A DNA stretch of 63,969 bases, counting the filler, from Ionaspis alba (taxonomy: Eukaryota): assembly GCA_964255285.1 (NCBI GenBank). It is 3 parts of 3 records of this genome, joined end to end, with 100 filler letters (N's around TTAATTAATTAA, not from the genome) between each part and the next. Parts side by side here need not be neighbours in the genome. Positions count along the whole stretch, not along the records: positions 43,022 to 63,969 come from CAXUUL010000234.1; 2 more parts are not named here. The stretch is one strand, 5' to 3'. Under the pieces are notes generated by a model that saw only the letters and a program-made list of their open reading frames with translations, was not told the DNA's origin and ran no database searches. Shown in pieces: positions 57,631-63,969 of this stretch; within the stretch, counting starts at the first letter, position 1; each line of letters opens with the position of its first letter. A program made the translations under genes and the position numbers.

Positions 57631-60599
57631 ATGTCAATGTCAAAGAGAGTCATTGACGCGCTTTCACAATTGGTGGATGCTGTGATATCCGCTTTACCTG
57701 ACGAAGATGAAGCCTCCTCAGAGGATCGACATTCTGAGGCATTGGACATGGCGAAAGCCATTCTGAACGAGTAGGAAGTATGGTCCTACCATTAATCTAG
57801 CAAGCTAATAAGACTTTCAGTCACAGCAATACCGCAGAATCGTACGATATCAACCATGTTTCCGATTTAATCAAAAAGAAGTGTTCGTCAGTAATATCCG
57901 TATCATAAATTATTGCTGAATTCTCGCAGTATGGCGTGAAAACAACGCGCCTGACAAAGCTGTCAAGTACTCGAATCTATATTCAAGACTTCTTACTCTG
58001 CCCATTCTCAATCAAAAATGGGCCATACTATACCTGCTGCATCAGTTGTCAGAATCTAATGCCGAAGAGAGGGAATTACCTAGATCACAATCTCCTCGAG
58101 TAGAGAACAGCTTATCTCAGACTGACGGGAAAGAATCCTCCAGCGAGCCTGAGCTCCCTCGATTGGATAAGAAAAGCAAGCAGAGAACTGCCCTCCATGA
58201 TGCCTCGTCGTCAGCACGACTTAATCAGATGGCAAGACCAGGATCGATACAAGAGAAGAACCCCGGAGCGATTGGGCAAAGTGGGCAAAGTGGGCAAGCT
58301 GAGCGAGATCTCCCTTCTGTTGAAGAGCGCCCACCATCTTCCGTAGCAAAGATGGCTGCTCCGACCACGATCAGCTCAGTCGAACCACCATCAGAATCTG
58401 CCCTACTCCGAGACCTGCCATTTACCCTTCAGGGACTCTCTTCAACTATCCTTCCCTTCACATCGACAAATGCATTGAGTCTCCCGAAGACTTTGCCTCT
58501 ACCCATAATATCCATTCTACATACACTGGCCGAGCCCTCCCTACTCTACCGAAGTCTGTCGGAATTCGTGCAATCCAGGGATGAAGGCTTGATTGGTCAG
58601 AGTCTACGATCCGCTATCGGAAGCGAGCTACGTTCTTATCTCGGTCTTATAGCGACGTTGGAAGGAGAGATTCGTCGAGCGATTGCTTCGGCTAACGAGC
58701 ATGAGCACGGAAACACTATTGGAAGAGTAGGAGTCACTCTCAAGAGATGTGTCGTTTGGACTAGAGAAGCTACCATGGGACTACGATTGATGAGCTTAAT
58801 GGCCGAGGAGTCGAAAAGTTGGTGGCCTTCTATCTTGAGCTCATGCGTTGCTGATTAGAATAGGCAGAAAGGGAGGTCAATTGATCTCAATGATACACTC
58901 CTTTTCGACATCTTACGGTGACCCGTTCGTTAGTGCATTCGCAGAGCGTATGCTCACCCACTTGACCAGACCTTTTTACGACATGTTACGTCAATGGATT
59001 TACGACGGAGAATTATCAGATCCATATCACGAGTTTTTTGTCATCGAGCAAGATCCTGAGCACAACGATAACAAAGACGCCGATCCTCGCCGTGTGCTAG
59101 CCACAAGTGTTTGGGAAGATAAATACAAACTCGACGATAGCACAGTGCCTAGCATTATCACCGAAGACTTTGCCAAGAAGGTTTTCCTGATTGGGAAAAG
59201 TCTGAATTTCATTCGTTATGGATGCAGCGATTCTGCGTGGGTGGAATCATATTCCAAAGATGCGTCTAAGGAACTTCGATATGGTGATACCGCAACTTTG
59301 GAGACCTCGATCGATAAGGCGTACAAGACCACCATGGCCCGACTCATCCATCTCATGGATGACAAATTCAGGCTATTTGACCATCTCAATGCGCTCAAGA
59401 AGTATCTTCTGTTAGGTCAAGGCGACTTCATAGCACTTCTTATGGAATCGCTCTCGTCCAATCTCGATAGGCCTGCAGGCTCCCAATACCGCCATACACT
59501 GACTGCTCAGCTCGAACATGCAATTCGAGGTTCAAATGCTCAGTTCGACCCTCCTGACGTGCTTCGACGACTAGATGCTCGTCTACTTGAGCTTAGCCAC
59601 GGAGACATAGGATGGGATGTCTTCACCCTCGAATACAAAGTCGATGCACCTGTGGATGTCGTCATTACCGCCTGGGCGAGCAGACAGTACCTTGCTGTCT
59701 TCAACTTCCTCTGGCGCATCAAGCGAGTTGAATTCGCTCTGGGCAGCACATGGCGACGGTGCATGACTGGCGCCCGCGGTGTCCTCGCAAGTGTCAACGA
59801 CAAGCTTGGCAAGGATTGGAAAGTTGCCCGGTGCTGCATCGCCGAAATGATTCACTTTGTCAACCAGCTCCAATACTACATTCTGTTCGAAGTCATTGAA
59901 GCATCTTGGGATCAGCTGCAAGCGGCGATCGCCACCCCGGACTGCACGCTCGACGACCTCATCGAAGCTCACAACAAATATCTCAAAGCTATTCGGCACA
60001 AAGGTCTACTGGGCTCGTCCAGTCGGGACGACAGCTCTGGCTTCACTTTCCAACTCCACCATATCCTCAAGACCATGCTTGCGTACAAAGATGCCGTTGA
60101 TGGCTTGTACTCCTTCTCCGTTGCAGAATTCACCCGCCGCCAGGAACAGGCTGCGAAAATCGAAACCCGCACGGCGCAGGGCAAGTGGGGTATTGCAGAC
60201 AAAGAAGACGACGACCTCAATTCCCCTTTGCCCGGCGACCGAATTGTGAAGGGTAGCAAGGCCGCCAATCGTCTCTCGGAACGTGATACCGACAGTCCGC
60301 TGCCAACGCTGCTACCTCAACTGGCGGGTATAGGCGAGGATCAGATGTTACCGGCCTTAAGGAAGAGATTGAATGAGCTATCAGGAGACTTTCGAGCTAG
60401 ACTGACGGTGCTGTTGGGAGATTTGATGATGCAGCCAGATGTCGATATGAAGTTCTTGGGTGTGGTTATGAACTTCAACGATGTTTATCGGCCGGAGCGG
60501 AGGCGCAAGAGGAGGGATGGTGCGAGAAGTGCGAAAACGCCTGGAGAGAAAGGTGATGGCAGGAGCGAGGTGGGAAGGAAAACAGAGAGCAGCAAATAA
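57631..60599 (+). CDS. SPC98: Gamma-tubulin complex component GCP3 (Spc98/Alp6), multi-exon
   Basis: LLRDLPFTLQG, GDPFV, WIYDGELSDPYHEFF, YLLLGQGDFI, GWDVFTLEY and LQYYILFEVIE. Confidence 0.93.
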
Positions 60600-61144
60600 C
60601 GAGCATGTCTTGGTTGTCAATACGCAGTGGCGAGGAAGTAGAGTTACGGGATGATACCCTTTGGAGGCTAAGTCGGAGTTAATTGCACGGAGACAAAGGC
60701 TCCACCTATTTCGAGTATTTTGGTTTCACGTTTCCCTCCGGTATAGAAATATCTGATCATGCCGGTCAAGCGTGATTTAGTGATCAAACATTTTCCGAGT
60801 CATGATCATCAGGCCAGCACGACTGTGCTTCCTCAGCAACATGTCACAAAAGCCAGAGCACTAGTCGACTATCTCATTCTGCGATATATTGACAGTTACT
60901 GGCGGGCCCCTAAATCATATCATGATTCAACGTATCGAAATTGCATTATCTGACGGTAACATCAAAGATCAACGTGTCCGTGAATTGTTATAAGGGCGAT
61001 TCTCGATTCCCAGCTTCCCGCCTATCTCACAACGAGGACAGCTATAGAAATTCATCCTATTTCTCCCGTTTTCCAGCCAATTAAATGCTCAGAGCCCATT
61101 GATCCAAACATTGAGCCTCAACGGCAGCCGTGCTAATACCGCCC

Positions 61145-62797
61145 TCATTCACTGTCGCTGCCTGTATTATCCTCGCTTGATTTCTCCGAACCATCAGACG
61201 AAGTCTCTTCACTAGAGCTTTCATCTGAACCTCCCTGCGATTCTTCACTCTTGGTCTCATTGCCCGCACTGCTGCTGCTATCACTGCTATCGCTGCTGTC
61301 GTCACTGCTTCCATCGCTTATTCCATCACCATTTCCGTTATCCCCACTGTCGCTTTCGTTGGAAGAGCTGCTACTACTGCTGCTACTCTCACTGCTGCTA
61401 CTATCATCGTCTGGCACACCCGTCCTCCGCTTGCGCTTTCTCTTCTTCTTCACCGGTGCGGGAACTCCATTTGCTGTTTTCTGCTTCTTCGTTGCGTTTC
61501 CACTCTCAATTGTCGTCTGAACTATTGTTTTCTCCGGCGTTGCTGAGATTCCTTTGGTGCCGTTCACGCCGTTAGCACCGCTTGTTACCATTCCACCCGC
61601 GTTATTGCCGTTCACGTTGGCGGAGGGAGGTCCTTCCTCTCCCACACACCAGAGTATCATCTCTGCCCTCTTTCTTTTGTACAGTTTCAATCGCCATTCC
61701 GGGCTCATCCGCAAATCTATTTCCTCCTGATCGATGATGCCGGACTTGAGCTGCTGTTTGTACCGTTCCAACGCCTGCTTATAATCCTGTTTCCGCCTTT
61801 TCTCGCTTTCTGGTTCTCCCTCTGTGCCTGGGGATCTCGGCTCTGACTCGGCGGCCGCGAATTTCGAGGAGGCTGTTCCGGTAGTGCCTGGAGTGGTGAA
61901 AGAATCTGTTCTGGCCGTCTCCTTGCCGTTCTCGCTGTCGTCCGAAGTAGAAGTTGCGGTAGTCTCTGGTAAGGACGACAATGTATCGTCTTCACGAATC
62001 TCGAGAGCCCTTTCACGCATGCGAGCGCGAGCGGCGTTACCTTCCAGACCCATGATATATATTCTGAGGGCAGAGTCGTACTCTGAAGGGATCTTAGAGG
62101 TGTCAAAGGCGTGTTTGAGTAGTTGATTCTGCTTAGACTTATTGAACTTCCAGGTCGAGCGAGAGGCGTAATAGGTTGATAGATAGTCGATGGTGGATGT
62201 CAATGGCTGCGCAGCAGATTGAGCCTTTTTGCTTGCGGGTGACGGTGAGATGGGTTTAGCCGGCTTAGACTTCTTTACTTTCGTCACTTCTGCAGTGGTC
62301 TTTGGCTCAAACGAAGTCCTAGGAGTGAGTGATCGGAGTGCTTCGCTATGTTTCGCTGGGTCGAAATCATCCTTCTGCTGCGATAACCAGGTGTGGTAGA
62401 GTTGCTTTATGCTGTCGCCATCTGCGGTCTTAGTATCTGGCGTGAATGACACAAACTTCCTTTTTGTGGAGGTTTGTGAAGGCGGAGTAGCTCTCTCGGG
62501 CGTCTTGTCCAACTCTGATGTAGGTAGCGATAGATTTGTAGTAGGGCTGGATGTGGCATCCGGCCCTGTCATCGGCTTCTTTGATTTCTTCACTTTCTTG
62601 GAGGGTTTCAGAGCTGATTCGCTCTCAATGTCTCTTCCGTTGGTCGAAACGCTCTTTCGCTTCTTGCCATTCTGCTCGTGACTTTCTATTTCTTTTCCGG
62701 GCACCTCGGGAGCATACTTCAACTTCAGCCCAAGCCTCTTCCATGCTGGAACATGAGTGACCACCATGACAGACGGAAGTTGATGGACCTCCTGCAT
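61145..62797 (-). CDS. WKF-domain (DUF2373/C7orf50-like) nucleolar-type protein
   Basis: HVPAWKRLGLKLK, VSFTPDTKTADGDS and WKFNKSKQNQL; basic NLS and acidic Ser-rich tail. The start may be at 62767. Confidence 0.85.
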   Translation of the reverse strand: MQEVHQLPSVMVVTHVPAWKRLGLKLKYAPEVPGKEIESHEQNGKKRKSVSTNGRDIESESALKPSKKVKKSKKPMTGPDATSSPTTNLSLPTSELDKTPERATPPSQTSTKRKFVSFTPDTKTADGDSIKQLYHTWLSQQKDDFDPAKHSEALRSLTPRTSFEPKTTAEVTKVKKSKPAKPISPSPASKKAQSAAQPLTSTIDYLSTYYASRSTWKFNKSKQNQLLKHAFDTSKIPSEYDSALRIYIMGLEGNAARARMRERALEIREDDTLSSLPETTATSTSDDSENGKETARTDSFTTPGTTGTASSKFAAAESEPRSPGTEGEPESEKRRKQDYKQALERYKQQLKSGIIDQEEIDLRMSPEWRLKLYKRKRAEMILWCVGEEGPPSANVNGNNAGGMVTSGANGVNGTKGISATPEKTIVQTTIESGNATKKQKTANGVPAPVKKKRKRKRRTGVPDDDSSSSESSSSSSSSSNESDSGDNGNGDGISDGSSDDSSDSSDSSSSAGNETKSEESQGGSDESSSEETSSDGSEKSSEDNTGSDSE

Positions 62798-63969
62798 CAG
62801 TGTCCTCTAAAGACTACCTTCGTCCCAGAACTCGAACAGTCAGGAACGTCAAGGCGTAGGTCTAAGAGCTTGAGTCTTTTGCAGCTACCAGCACCAAGTA
62901 CCAACCATTCCTATGACTGTATCAGGAAGACAATCAAACATCAATACGTTCGCTGGGAATTAGGATGTTCGCGCTTCTTTGTAACTATCTCAAAGTACTC
63001 TCCTAGTGCTTATGGCCACTAAAGCACAGGTGTCGTGAGAATTCGGCCGTAGTGGAGGTTTATTCAGGCTTAGGGGATACCTCATACATGAGCACGAGTA
63101 CAGGAGTTTATCCAAGGAAAGCTGTATACTTGTTCCGTTTTACGGCGGCCACATAAGTTGTGTTGTTAAAGTCGAACATGGGAAAACTTTGACCACTCGA
63201 GACCCTTGAACCTTGCGCAAGTCAAAAATCTTAGCAGCTAAGCGAAGTCGCTTCGTCGCTACGTGCCAACCCTAAAGAACTTCGATCCACAACAATTTTC
63301 CATATCACGATAGAAGTACACCTTTCTTTACATAAAGTTTTACATGCGTGTATATGCTCTGAGCTGTGAGCACTTTTAGTGAATTTACAAGGAAACCACT
63401 TCGAAAATAACTAGAATTTCCAGGACTATCACATCCCTGATGGTCTCCCTGTAGCTTCGCTTCAGCGTCTCGACAGTGTTCCTCGGACAGCTTCTCGCCT
63501 GGCTTCGAAGCCGTTCCGAGCTCTTCTTCGTGCATCATTTTGTCCCTGCAATTATGAGCACCTCGAGGTGATCTTGCACAGTAGTGGCCAGGACTCGCTC
63601 TGCATGCTAAATGTATATTGTTCACAACGCGATAAATGCTTGATCGTGGACGAAAAGCATTTAGTTACGAAGACGTCGTTGAAAGCAGCGAAATTGCTCG
63701 CAGACCGTGGCAAGTATAAGTCAAAGGTAGTTCTGTATATAGATTCCTCGCCGTCGGCGAACATGGGATATACGACTAAAGCGAAAGGAAATGCAAGGGC
63801 TCGCGAGGACGGCAAGGTCAATAGCGCACTAAACCAGTATCCGACGTGCTTATATAGAGCGTTGGCCAAGTACCTAAGTCAAGGCACAGATCGGGTTCAA
63901 CCTGCAATTTTGTGATGATAGGAACGCGATGCGTAGGAATTCAATAACGTGGTAAGCCCTGGAGGGAGT

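Noticed and set aside
63305..63915. ORFs at the right edge of the window
   Set aside because: Fragmentary and on both strands with no recognisable family; this may be the end of a gene outside the window.

Overview
Filamentous ascomycete (Pezizomycotina) genomic DNA with spliceosomal introns. The window is not one contiguous locus. Two 100-nt spacers carrying an artificial TTAATTAATTAA linker (21412-21511, 42922-43021) join three separate scaffolds, and each one cuts a gene. Segment 1 (1-21411) is accessory-type: a Clr5-domain gene, an F-box-like pseudogene, a large secreted Lys-rich protein with a candidate YwqJ-like deaminase (toxin-type) domain, a galactose oxidase, an arrestin-like protein and a hydrolase-NACHT-WD40 NLR. 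Segment 2 (21512-42921) starts with a compact terpene cluster of two P450s and a trichodiene-synthase-like cyclase. The cyclase carries an unusual C-terminal tail of four 21-aa Tyr-containing repeats. Next come a tandem family of three unannotated paralogs (one pseudogenised; the two intact copies share a C-terminal Cys4 motif), an esterase, CLA4 and a truncated POS5. Segment 3 (43022-63969) opens with an AT-rich relic and a solo LTR, followed mostly by housekeeping genes: a lactonase/lactamase, OPY2, DUG1 with a pogo transposase fragment at its stop codon, FHL1, a 2OG-Fe(II) oxygenase with a highly structured 300-nt intron, a DsbA-like protein, SPC98 and a WKF protein. Best novelty candidates are the repeat-tailed terpene cyclase cluster, the secreted deaminase-like protein, the tandem Cys4 family and the intronic structured RNA. 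All family assignments come from motif recognition by eye; no database searches were run.
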